Positions 48,378-57,788 of a stretch of 64,000 bases of DNA are shown piece after piece; within the stretch, counting starts at the first letter, position 1; each line of letters starts with the position of its first letter. The notes beneath the pieces were generated by a model. It was not told the DNA's origin. It searched no databases and saw only the letters and a program-made list of their open reading frames with translations. Origin of the DNA: Bacteroidota bacterium (lineage in GTDB: Bacteria; Bacteroidota; Bacteroidia; Bacteroidales; WCHB1-69); contig JAKPTX010000117.1 in NCBI GenBank assembly GCA_029570835.1, forward strand, positions 17,151 through 81,150. The letters run 5' to 3'. The translations under genes were made by a program, and so were the position numbers.

Positions 48378-49544
48378 ATGAAAATTGTAGTCCTTTTATC
48401 GCGAGTTCCTTATCCCTTGGAAAAGGGTGATAAGTTGCGTGCATACTACCAGATCAGAGAGCTCTCAAAAAATCATGAGATCTATCTGGTAGCACTGAAC
48501 GACACTCAGTTACATCCCGATGCCATCAAAAAGCTACAACCACTCTGTAAAGAGTTGATCATTCTGAATCTTTCCTGGTGGACACACTTTTTGGGGCTGA
48601 TCAAAGCATTTTTTACTAAAATTCCTTTTCAATGCGGATATTTCTATTCTCGTAAAGCGAAAAAACAGTTTCATCAACATGTGGAGCGGATTCAACCGGA
48701 TCATATCTATGCTCAAATTATTCGTGTTGCGGAATATGTCAAGATGCTACCCTACCCCAAAACATTGGATTATCAGGATGTTTTTTCAATGGGGATTTAT
48801 CGTCGTTTTCAAAAAGCTCCTTTTTATCTGAAACCTATCTTTTTGTGGGAATACAAGAAATTGCAACGCTATGAAAATCATGTTTTCTCCCTGTTTGACA
48901 ACCTTACCATTATCACAGCGATTGACCGCAGTTTGATTCCTCATCCGGATAGAAATCAAATCCATGTGATCGCCAACGGCGTTGATCTTTCCATCTACAA
49001 CTCGATCAATGTGCGTAAAAACTATGATCTTATTTTCTCCGGAAACATGAACTATCCGCCCAATATTGATGCAGCAGAATACTTGGCAAAGAAGATCTTC
49101 CCGGAATTGAAAGAAACCTATCCCTACCTGAAACTGGTTCTGTGTGGTGCTTCTCCTCATGCCCGTGTAAAAGCCTTAGCCAACGAAGATATTATTGTTA
49201 CCGGATGGGTCGATTCCATGGTAGATTACTATGCCCAATCCAAAATATTTATCGCTCCCATGCGTTTGGGTACCGGTTTACAAAACAAACTGATGGAAGC
49301 AATGGCCATGAAACTCCCCTGTATCACCTCTCCACTAGCGGGGAAACCCCTCGAAGGAATCCAATATAATCGGGATATCATCGTTTGTGAATCTACTGAC
49401 GATTACATAGAAGCAGTGAAAATGCTGATCGAAAATCCGGATAAGTACCATGAAATAAGAAACAACGGGTACCAATTTGTAAAAGAACGATACAACTGGG
49501 AGAAAATCACTGCCAAGTTGGAGCAACTCATGAGTGAAAAATAA
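48378..49544 (+). CDS. Glycosyltransferase family 4
   Basis: PYPLEKGDKLR, FSGNMNYPPN, NKLMEAMAM. Confidence 0.88.
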   Translation: MKIVVLLSRVPYPLEKGDKLRAYYQIRELSKNHEIYLVALNDTQLHPDAIKKLQPLCKELIILNLSWWTHFLGLIKAFFTKIPFQCGYFYSRKAKKQFHQHVERIQPDHIYAQIIRVAEYVKMLPYPKTLDYQDVFSMGIYRRFQKAPFYLKPIFLWEYKKLQRYENHVFSLFDNLTIITAIDRSLIPHPDRNQIHVIANGVDLSIYNSINVRKNYDLIFSGNMNYPPNIDAAEYLAKKIFPELKETYPYLKLVLCGASPHARVKALANEDIIVTGWVDSMVDYYAQSKIFIAPMRLGTGLQNKLMEAMAMKLPCITSPLAGKPLEGIQYNRDIIVCESTDDYIEAVKMLIENPDKYHEIRNNGYQFVKERYNWEKITAKLEQLMSEK

Positions 49545-49557
49545 CTAAATTTAAAAG

Positions 49558-50970
49558 ATGAGTAAAAAATTAAGTCCATATATTCTGGAGAATATAGAGA
49601 TCATTGATATTGGGTCTGAAGGTAAAAGTATTGCTAAACAGGAAGGGATGGTAATTTTTATCCCAATGGGAGTACCCGGCGATATTGTTGATATTCGGAT
49701 TATTAAGAAAAGAAAAGGATATATGGAGGGGATCATTACTCAAATCAAACAACCCTCTCCGCTTCGTATTGCACCACGCTGCTCTCATTTTGGAGTATGT
49801 GGCGGCTGTAAATGGCAAATTTTACCCTATCAGCAACAGCTCCAATTCAAACAACAGCAAATATATGATAACTTTAAGCATTTAGGTAAGTTTGAATTTC
49901 CTGAAATGGAGCCGATTTTGGGATCAGAAAATGAGTATTACTACAGAAATAAGCTGGAGTTTACTTTCTCTGACTCCCGTTGGCTGGATCAGGAGGATCT
50001 GGAACATCGCGATCAGTTGAATCTCAATGGGTTAGGATTTCACGTTCCGGGAAAATTTGACAAAGTGGTGGATATTGAACATTGCTACCTCCAGGAGGAC
50101 CCCAGCAATCAAATCCGATTGGCAGTTAAAAAGCAAGCTTTAGCGAAAGGAATTCCCTTTTACAATATCAAAACACATACAGGCATACTGCGCAATCTGA
50201 TTATCCGAACGCATGGTCCCGGACAATTAATGGTAATTTTAGTAGTTAAAAGTGTTACTCCTGAAGTAATGGAACTGCTCCAATTCCTGGTTGAACAGTT
50301 CCCTGAAATCAGCTCTTTGCACTATGTCATCAATACCAAACTCAACGACTCTATCTCCGATCTCCCCACTGAACTATTCCATGGGAATCCTCATGTTAAA
50401 GCCAAAATGGAAGAGCTGGAGTTTATCATCAGTCCCGTTTCATTCTATCAGACCAACTCACAACAAGCTTATCGCTTGTACCAGGTTGTTCGGGAATGGG
50501 CTGAAATTCAACCCGATGAGATTGTGTACGACCTCTATACCGGAACAGGTACGATTGCCAACTTTGTTGCCCACCAGGCAAAAAAAGTAGTAGGAATTGA
50601 ATATGTTGAAAGTGCGATTGAAGATGCATGGGTCAACTCCCGCAACAACGGAATTGAAAATAGTTTCTTTATTGCCGGCGATATCAAGGATATTCTCACC
50701 TCTTCCTTTGTGAAAGAGCAAGGTAAACCCAATGTGGTGATCACCGACCCTCCACGTGCCGGAATGCATCCTGCCGTTGTTGAACAACTTTTGAAAATTT
50801 TACCGGATCGAATTGTATATGTGAGCTGCAATCCGGCTACTCAGGCTCGTGACATTACATTATTGGCAGCCCACTACAAAGTAGTCAAAGTGCAACCTGT
50901 AGATATGTTTCCTCATACTCACCATTTAGAAAATGTGGTGCTCCTGAAAAGAAACACCACACTCAATTAA
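49558..50970 (+). CDS. rlmD: 23S rRNA (uracil-1939-C5)-methyltransferase
   Basis: TRAM domain, CSHFGVCGGC, SFYQTN, DPPRAG, YVSCNP, DMFPHTHH. Confidence 0.94.
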   Translation: MSKKLSPYILENIEIIDIGSEGKSIAKQEGMVIFIPMGVPGDIVDIRIIKKRKGYMEGIITQIKQPSPLRIAPRCSHFGVCGGCKWQILPYQQQLQFKQQQIYDNFKHLGKFEFPEMEPILGSENEYYYRNKLEFTFSDSRWLDQEDLEHRDQLNLNGLGFHVPGKFDKVVDIEHCYLQEDPSNQIRLAVKKQALAKGIPFYNIKTHTGILRNLIIRTHGPGQLMVILVVKSVTPEVMELLQFLVEQFPEISSLHYVINTKLNDSISDLPTELFHGNPHVKAKMEELEFIISPVSFYQTNSQQAYRLYQVVREWAEIQPDEIVYDLYTGTGTIANFVAHQAKKVVGIEYVESAIEDAWVNSRNNGIENSFFIAGDIKDILTSSFVKEQGKPNVVITDPPRAGMHPAVVEQLLKILPDRIVYVSCNPATQARDITLLAAHYKVVKVQPVDMFPHTHHLENVVLLKRNTTLN

Positions 50971-50989
50971 TCCGATAAAATCACTGCTT

Positions 50990-52600
50990 TTAGTAGTGAT
51001 TAATCTGTTTATCTTTAGGATATTTCAACGTATATTTCAACGTCACGACCTTCATTTCATTGGAGTTGAGATTCAAATTCCATTCCACTCTTCCGCGCTC
51101 TTTGTCTAACTTACCACCATCCAAATCAACAACATCGACACTGATTTCTCCTACTTTTGAAATCGGAACCTGATCAGCTATCATAATATTGATTGGATAA
51201 GATTTATTGTTTCTCACGGTAATTTTATAAGACGCATTTTCCCTTCTATTGCTTCCGATGATCGTTTTCTCCGAATAGTTTTCTACTCGCTCACGTTTCA
51301 CAATAACGTTATGATCTACGCCAAAAGAGAGTTGTAAAGTATCTTGATATTGTCCGGTATTGAGTCTTGATTCCCCCACATAACTATTCTCCATAAACAA
51401 CTTGGCAACACCACTCGCCAATTCAGCTTTTTTCCAATCATGAATTTTAGCAATCAAATACACTTTTTCACTTAATTTAGGTACAGCCTGATACTCAAAA
51501 GAAGCATCTACTTTGGTTTCTCCGTAAGAAATCAACATCGATTTAGGAGAAGAGGGGATCGTTTGACGAGCCGCTACTTTATACTCCTTAATGATCTCCA
51601 TTTGAGAAAATCCCGAGGTTTCGGGAATAGCTTCGTCAAAACTCTCTTGTGAAAATTCAAATGTTATCTCTTCTTTTGAACGAGGTGACGCAGCTTTATT
51701 CGACATTATTGCTCCTCCTACAACCATAGGCTGAGGAGTTACAAAGGACAAAAAGTAAGGATACAGTGTCGGTATTTGAGCTGAAAGCTGAGGTTGTGCC
51801 GTAGAAAGCAGAATTGAAACTTTTTCCCAATCTACTTGTGTTTGTTGTAGAATATTAGCATAATAGGTTATTTCCAATGGTTTATCAAAGCCTACAAACT
51901 TAATATCATAGCTTGGGTACCAGGAAGCGTTATGAGTATAAACTGAAAAAGAGAGTTTTGAACTCTTATTCGCTTTAGCTTGAATAGTTAGCGTTAAAAC
52001 TCCTGAAGGAGTTGAAGGTATGCGAGTTAGAGTTCCCAATTGATTATTTAGCTTATCCAACTCCTCTCTATATTTTTTAACTGTCCGATCTCTTTTTTGA
52101 ATATCCAAAGTCAAAGCCTCCAGATTGCTCCCATAAATTTGGTTCATCTGTTTAAAATTTTCCGGAGAAATCGGATCATTTTTCCCGGAAAGCTGTTTGT
52201 TTTGATTTAGAAAATCGATCTTATCGCGATTCACCTTGATCATAATCTCCTCATCTTCAATTTTAAAAGTCAACTCCTCAACCTGCTTTTTCAACTGTTT
52301 AATCTCATCACTTTTAGGATTTTCCGTCAGATAATCGGTACTCACCTGAACATTGACTATTGAGAAATTAGGATCCGATACCACTCTGATACTCTCCTGA
52401 CTGATGTTAGGAAGTAAATTGGGAATAACCAATGTCATAGGACCGGCTTGTGCTTGGAAATCAGCAATATACTCTAGTTGAGCTCCAATAGGATATACAA
52501 TTACCTGATCAATTTTTGCCTGAACTTTTTTCTCAACCTGAGCTGATAAAAAACAGGTCGTACCCAATAATAACAAGGTAAACAGCATTAATCTCTTCAT
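50990..52600 (-). CDS. DUF4140/DUF4139 (MuiA-like) secreted protein
   Basis: Signal peptide, coiled coil, ASWYPSYD, LSTAQP, AVPKL, LSFGVD. Confidence 0.82.
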   Translation of the reverse strand: MKRLMLFTLLLLGTTCFLSAQVEKKVQAKIDQVIVYPIGAQLEYIADFQAQAGPMTLVIPNLLPNISQESIRVVSDPNFSIVNVQVSTDYLTENPKSDEIKQLKKQVEELTFKIEDEEIMIKVNRDKIDFLNQNKQLSGKNDPISPENFKQMNQIYGSNLEALTLDIQKRDRTVKKYREELDKLNNQLGTLTRIPSTPSGVLTLTIQAKANKSSKLSFSVYTHNASWYPSYDIKFVGFDKPLEITYYANILQQTQVDWEKVSILLSTAQPQLSAQIPTLYPYFLSFVTPQPMVVGGAIMSNKAASPRSKEEITFEFSQESFDEAIPETSGFSQMEIIKEYKVAARQTIPSSPKSMLISYGETKVDASFEYQAVPKLSEKVYLIAKIHDWKKAELASGVAKLFMENSYVGESRLNTGQYQDTLQLSFGVDHNVIVKRERVENYSEKTIIGSNRRENASYKITVRNNKSYPINIMIADQVPISKVGEISVDVVDLDGGKLDKERGRVEWNLNLNSNEMKVVTLKYTLKYPKDKQINHY

Positions 52601-52682
52601 GATATAAAATTTAAGGTTATAATCGTTTAGACCCCCTCTACTTTAAAAAGTTAAGTATAAAAGAGTCCCATTTTAAAAATTT

Positions 52683-53567
52683 CTACTTGGATTGCCGCAT
52701 AAACAGGAACAATTTATACAGATTAAATAAAAAGATAGAACTATTTCCATTTTTGAGCAGGAAGAGTAGTAATGGATTGGTTATCAATCCAATGGGATTC
52801 AAAATAAATTTCCATTTTTTTACTTTCTCGTACACCCGCAACAATCTCACCTGTTCTACCAAATAAGGATTATCTTTGTTTTTCAGGTAAATCTGATACA
52901 AGTTTTCCACTCCTTGTTTGGTTTTTTCCAGAAAAACCGGGTTAGTTTCGATATCTCCATTCAAAATTGGATTCTCTATATGCAAAATCTGCACTCCTCT
53001 TTCCAGTAATTGCAATCCAAACAGCGTATCCTCGTGTCCATACTGCGTTAACTGTTCATCAAACTGCACCTGTTCCAGCAACGCTTTCGATATCAGGAAG
53101 TTATTAGTCATAAAGGAACTGTTCGGGTTTTCTTTTCTTTTCCATGCCGGTTCACTTTCCACCCGATGTCCATATTTCCATCTTAATTTTTTATTTCCTT
53201 TTAATAATTGGGGGGGATAAACCCTCCCTCCACACACTATTTGTGGCTTGCTATCGAGCAGATTGAGGTACTGCTCCAGGAACTGATCCGATATAATCAA
53301 CGCATCGCAATCCAGGAAAAGTAAGTAGGGATAGCTCGCATACTGCAAAAACAGATTTCTGATTTTCGCGCGCCCTACGTTTTTTTCCAGCTCAATATAG
53401 CGGCAGGAATCAGCAAAAGTTCTGTAAATCTCTCTGTATTTCTCTTCCGAAGCATCATCAATCAGGATCAAATCTGCCGGTTGATCCAATTGATCGATCT
53501 GTTTGATGAGTTCCCGAATTAAGGGAGAGGCATCAAAGTTAAACAGAGGAATACAGACAGAAATCAT
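52683..53567 (-). CDS. Glycosyltransferase family 2
   Basis: ISVCIP, IDDAS, FLDCD, YGHED. Confidence 0.9.
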   Translation of the reverse strand: MISVCIPLFNFDASPLIRELIKQIDQLDQPADLILIDDASEEKYREIYRTFADSCRYIELEKNVGRAKIRNLFLQYASYPYLLFLDCDALIISDQFLEQYLNLLDSKPQIVCGGRVYPPQLLKGNKKLRWKYGHRVESEPAWKRKENPNSSFMTNNFLISKALLEQVQFDEQLTQYGHEDTLFGLQLLERGVQILHIENPILNGDIETNPVFLEKTKQGVENLYQIYLKNKDNPYLVEQVRLLRVYEKVKKWKFILNPIGLITNPLLLFLLKNGNSSIFLFNLYKLFLFMRQSK

Positions 53568-54856
53568 GGATTCAAGCGCTTTTCAACCTGATGGGAAATA
53601 TTCTCCCAAGGTTGGGCATAATCTGACCCGGTTGGCTGTTGATAAATTTCCAGGTCAAAGAACTCTGCAGCAGCCAAAATATGATCAAAGATACTCGCTA
53701 CAATCCCTTCATACTCAATCCATACGGAGGTATTGGTAAAACAGTAAATTTCCATAGGAATTCCTTTATCCTCAATAGATAACTGTCTGACCATTAGGGT
53801 CATATCTTTTCTGATATCGGGTCTGTTTCTCAGATAATTTTCCAAATAGATTCTAAAGGATCCGATATTGGTCATTCTTCTTCCATTGATATCATATTCT
53901 ACATCAATCTGATGCTCATCATTATAAGCATCAATTTCAGCTTGTCTCTCCTCCACATAATCGGCAATCAAGTGAATCTTTTTGTAATTTTCACGAATCT
54001 CTTCATCAATAAACTTTACAGTTCTGACATTGATATAGATTGCCCTTTTGATTCTTCTGCTTCCACTTTCCGACATATAGCGCCAATTTTTAAAGCTCTC
54101 TGTTAGAAAGTTGTGAGTAGGAATAGTGGTTACAGTTTTATCAAAATTCATCACTCTCACTGATGTCAAATTAATGGAAACCACATCTCCATCCGCACCA
54201 AATTTAGGCATCTCAATCCAGTCTCCCACTCTCACCGTATCTCCGGTTGCCATCTGTATACTGGCAACCAACCCTAAAATCGTATCTTTGAAAACCAACA
54301 TCATCACTGCGGTCATGGTTCCAAAAACCCCCAAGAAGACTGCCGGTGACTTATTAAGCAATATTGATAAAATCAAAATTCCAGTTGCGATATAAAGAAT
54401 GATTCGGATCAGTTGAAATAAACCTGCAATAGGTTTGTCCTTAAAAGCAGCTGTTTGTCCCAATGCATAATGACCTAATCTCAAAAAGGCGTTGACAATC
54501 AGTATAAAAACAATAATAAGGTAAATATCCGTAATTTTGTTAACCCACGGAAGCAGATTCGGAAAGTCTCTAAATATCATTTGCAGAGCACCACGCAGTA
54601 CAATAGCGGGAATCAAGTGAGCTACATGATTAAACACCTGAAACTTCACCAACGCATCATCCCAGGAAAAATTAGTTTTTAAGAAAAAGCGGTAAATCCC
54701 CTTAATCACGAGATGTTTCATGATCCAGAATAGAATCAATGCCAACAAACCTGCCGCTACAATCAGCACCACCAATCTCAGGTTGACAGCCACTGCTTCT
54801 GCAACACCCCATCTCATCAAGACGGCTTCAACCCAACGTTCCGTAAACTTCATCAT
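53564..54856 (-). CDS. Mechanosensitive channel MscS family (YbdG-like)
   Basis: FKDTILGLVASIQ, GDWIEMPKFGADG, NFDKT, TNIGSFR. Confidence 0.92.
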   Translation of the reverse strand: MMKFTERWVEAVLMRWGVAEAVAVNLRLVVLIVAAGLLALILFWIMKHLVIKGIYRFFLKTNFSWDDALVKFQVFNHVAHLIPAIVLRGALQMIFRDFPNLLPWVNKITDIYLIIVFILIVNAFLRLGHYALGQTAAFKDKPIAGLFQLIRIILYIATGILILSILLNKSPAVFLGVFGTMTAVMMLVFKDTILGLVASIQMATGDTVRVGDWIEMPKFGADGDVVSINLTSVRVMNFDKTVTTIPTHNFLTESFKNWRYMSESGSRRIKRAIYINVRTVKFIDEEIRENYKKIHLIADYVEERQAEIDAYNDEHQIDVEYDINGRRMTNIGSFRIYLENYLRNRPDIRKDMTLMVRQLSIEDKGIPMEIYCFTNTSVWIEYEGIVASIFDHILAAAEFFDLEIYQQPTGSDYAQPWENISHQVEKRLNP

Positions 54857-54928
54857 ATCTATATTATTTTTAAATTAATAAATTCAAGTATAACTTGCAA
54901 AGATATAAAAAAGTTCCAATATGCCTGA

Positions 54929-56074
54929 TTATAGTCGCAGAAACAGTTCGAAGCTAAAAAAATGGGCATCCCAATAACTCAAAACACGGGCATCCCAACT
55001 GTAGGGAATGAAGTGATAATTGATTTGCGCTCCCAAATAGGTGGATTTCATAATCGGAATTAGAGCAGAAATACCTAAAGCCGTGTAGAGTGTCATGGGA
55101 TAATAATAGTTCACCTCATCTACGCCAAACGTTTCATAAATTGAAGTATAAATCCAGTCCACTCCCAACCCGGCTTGCGGATAGATTAAAAGTGAACGAG
55201 TAGCTGTTAATGGAATTTGAGTGCTGCGATACCCCAAATGAAATCCAGCAGTAGAAAGTACATTGGGTTTAACCTCAAAGTATTGCTGCATTGCTTCAAA
55301 ATTGAGTATATCGTACCGATAGGGAAAGCGAAACGACAAAAACCCATCAAAAAGCCACCGTTTGGCTAAAGGAGAAGAAAAACCTATTCGTACTGTTTGC
55401 GCATAGCCGACCTGAGTTGCAATGCCGATCTGCCGCATCAAACCCAATCCCACTACAAAACCCGGATATTGATCCCGCTCCTTCCGGAACTCATTGCGCA
55501 TATAACGCCCAATAGTGCTTTTCCTGTATTTTCTTTTTATCGATTTGGATTCAAAAAGATCAATATCACCCGAAAAGAGCGTCAGAATTAATTCCTCATC
55601 TTGTTGATATTGAGATGTTTCCAGTAGTTCTCCCGCATTCTTTTGGAGAATAGAATCCAGTGGGGACCTGAGGGGAAGATAGCCGTAATATGTTTTATTG
55701 ACATCGTAATAATTATAATAGTCCGATTCCCGGGCATCCTGCATACGGTTATAAAACTGCTCATAGTAGCCCATATCAAAGTAAGAGGAGACAGCCCAAT
55801 CGACAGGTTGCTGATGGATCAATTCATACATCATCAAAGTGCGCAATGTCGGTTCATGGTAACCGCAGGAGTCGATCCAAAGATCCAGGGTAGGGAAAAA
55901 GTTATCCCACTGCCGATGGTGAAACTGGAGTTGCAGGTGCGACGCCACTTGCGGGGTAATCCGAATTGCCCGTGCAGAATCAAAATCGCTCTGCGTAGTG
56001 TCCGCAGGCGGAGGCGTTCCTCCCCATACGGTTACACTCCAAAAAAGCACCCAAATCAAACTAACCCGACGCAT
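54929..56074 (-). CDS. Hypothetical exported protein with a probable C-terminal beta-barrel
   Basis: Signal peptide from ATG 56074; amphipathic C-terminal strands. Confidence 0.65.
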   Translation of the reverse strand: MRRVSLIWVLFWSVTVWGGTPPPADTTQSDFDSARAIRITPQVASHLQLQFHHRQWDNFFPTLDLWIDSCGYHEPTLRTLMMYELIHQQPVDWAVSSYFDMGYYEQFYNRMQDARESDYYNYYDVNKTYYGYLPLRSPLDSILQKNAGELLETSQYQQDEELILTLFSGDIDLFESKSIKRKYRKSTIGRYMRNEFRKERDQYPGFVVGLGLMRQIGIATQVGYAQTVRIGFSSPLAKRWLFDGFLSFRFPYRYDILNFEAMQQYFEVKPNVLSTAGFHLGYRSTQIPLTATRSLLIYPQAGLGVDWIYTSIYETFGVDEVNYYYPMTLYTALGISALIPIMKSTYLGAQINYHFIPYSWDARVLSYWDAHFFSFELFLRL

Positions 56075-56886
56075 TAGAATTTTTTTGCAAAGATATAACA
56101 AAAAGGTAGAAGATAGAAGGTAGATGGCGGAATGATTTCGGATTTCGGATTTCGGATTTCGGAATCAAAATTTAGAATTTAGAATTTAGAATTACTTAAT
56201 TATCAAGCATTTAGAAATATATTTCTTTCATATTTTTAATTTCTTTCTTTTTTTTGAAATAAAAATAAAAGGGGGGCAGGAAACCCTTCACAATCTTGTT
56301 ATTTCTTCACCCCACTCTGGAATATTAGACCTTTTAGGATATGCAGGATCAATTACGATTTTACAAGGTAGAAGGTAGAAGGTAGAAGGTAGAAGGTTCA
56401 CTCGGGGTGCGACTTCAAGTTATGAACCGAGTAGGGAGTTACACGAGTAGTAGTCGCGCCCCGAGTAGCCTAATTTAAAAAAACTTTCGACTTTCGACTT
56501 TCGACTTTCGACTTCAAAATAACCCCGAAGGGGTGACATGATTGTAAATTTAGAATTTTAAAATTTGACGATAATTTTATTTAACTGCTTGATATTCAAT
56601 CATATAAATTGCCACGTCTCTTTAGGGCGTGGATAGGAATAACCCCCGGAACACAAGGGCTTTAGCCCAAATTTACAAAATATGAAGTAAGAAATAAGAA
56701 ATATGAAATAAAGAGAATGTAGATCATAACACCTTGATAATCAAGTTTTAAATCCGAAATCATTCCGACTTTTAAATAGTCCCGAAGTGGTGATAGGATT
56801 AAAATTTTTGAATTATTGATAGTGTTTTATTGTGCAAAGGTTGAATTAAAAAACGAGTTAGAGATATTTCAGCCTTATAAGTTCAG
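56075..56886. repeat. Composite intergenic mosaic J9
   Basis: ATTTCGG x4, TTTAGAA x3, bipartite motif 56271-56322, AAGGTAG x4, inverted repeat 56400-56466, CTTTCGA x4, 30-bp hairpin repeat 56517-56546, palindromes 56609-56670, three IHF-consensus sites. Confidence 0.9.
56271..56322 (-). repeat. Bipartite motif, copy 6
   Basis: GGGGGGCAG-N30 (56280-56309)-CCCCACTCTGGAA. Confidence 0.9.
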
Positions 56887-57330
56887 TTACTTCAAATACT
56901 CAATTTTATACAGATGAAAATCTTTTCCCTTTATTTTATACCGACGAGATTTTCTTTTCTTTATTTTAGACTTTAAGTAATATTTACACTTATCAGTCTT
57001 AATTATTATAAAATTCATGTGATGATATCTGAACGGAATTGAAAAAGGAATTATTATTTTAGTTTTTCCTTTTTTTTCCAAAATGGAACGCAAACAGCTC
57101 CTGCTCGTGGAATAATCCTTATAATAAAAAGTATCAGGCTTACAAGAAGGAGTAATAATTAATGTGTCATAATCTAGCGAATACTCAATATATTCCAGTT
57201 GTATAGAGGTGGTTGTATCTAAAATTTCTGAATAAAAAATGAATCTATTATTAATTAATCCAATCTGCCCAAAAAAAGTACTAGGCAATACCATAAAAAA
57301 TATTACAAATAAAACCTTTATTTTATTCAT
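56887..57330 (-). CDS. AT-rich orphan exported protein with a basic C-terminus
   Basis: MNKIKVLFVIFFMVLPSTFFGQ signal peptide; TATCTTTG promoter box on the minus strand near 57377-57384. Confidence 0.6.
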   Translation of the reverse strand: MNKIKVLFVIFFMVLPSTFFGQIGLINNRFIFYSEILDTTTSIQLEYIEYSLDYDTLIITPSCKPDTFYYKDYSTSRSCLRSILEKKGKTKIIIPFSIPFRYHHMNFIIIKTDKCKYYLKSKIKKRKSRRYKIKGKDFHLYKIEYLK

Positions 57331-57788
57331 GATCCTGTCCACTCCTTTCTTTTATATCTTTTGGAAATTGATTTTGCAAAGATAAAAATAAAAGGCGGAA
57401 GGCGAAAGGCGAAAATTCAATTACGAATTACGAATTAGACCTCCCCTAGCCCCTCCTTTGGAGGGGAACAATCGATAAAAACAATGAAAAAGGTCATAAA
57501 AATGGCTGTAGAGACGCAATGCTTTGCGTCTCTCGACCGTATGCGATCAAAAATTTATTACCCCGAAATTTGTGTCGTTTTCAAAAAGGTATGATTTCCA
57601 GAGTGGGGTGATGAAATAACCTATAAAGAAAGTTTTATCTGCCCCCCATTTATTTTTATTTCAAAAATAAGAAGATAGAAATTAGCATTATTATTCAGGT
57701 ATTTCGACTTCGCTTAATGAACGGAATCTTAAGGTTATATTCCAAAAAAATATGTACTTTTGCCCTTATGAATTTAAATATATAAAAG
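57331..57788. repeat. Composite intergenic mosaic J10
   Basis: AAGGCGG/AAGGCGA and AATTACG arrays; CCCCTCC-TTT-GGAGGGG hairpin 57439-57467; REP-like 57508-57533; bipartite motif 57596-57647. Confidence 0.88.
57596..57647 (+). repeat. Bipartite motif, copy 7
   Basis: TTCCAGAGTGGGG-N30 (57609-57638)-CTGCCCCCC. Confidence 0.9.

Noticed and set aside
55643-56077. Plus-strand 144-aa ORF and the many other short ORFs nested in or antisense to long genes
   Set aside because: They overlap well-supported CDSs and show no motifs; treated as shadow ORFs.
7024-57647. The 30-nt spacers of the bipartite motif as acquired CRISPR-like guides
   Set aside because: The copies are dispersed rather than arrayed, and the spacers resemble one another (AAATAAC core, shared 3' ends), which fits descent rather than foreign acquisition.
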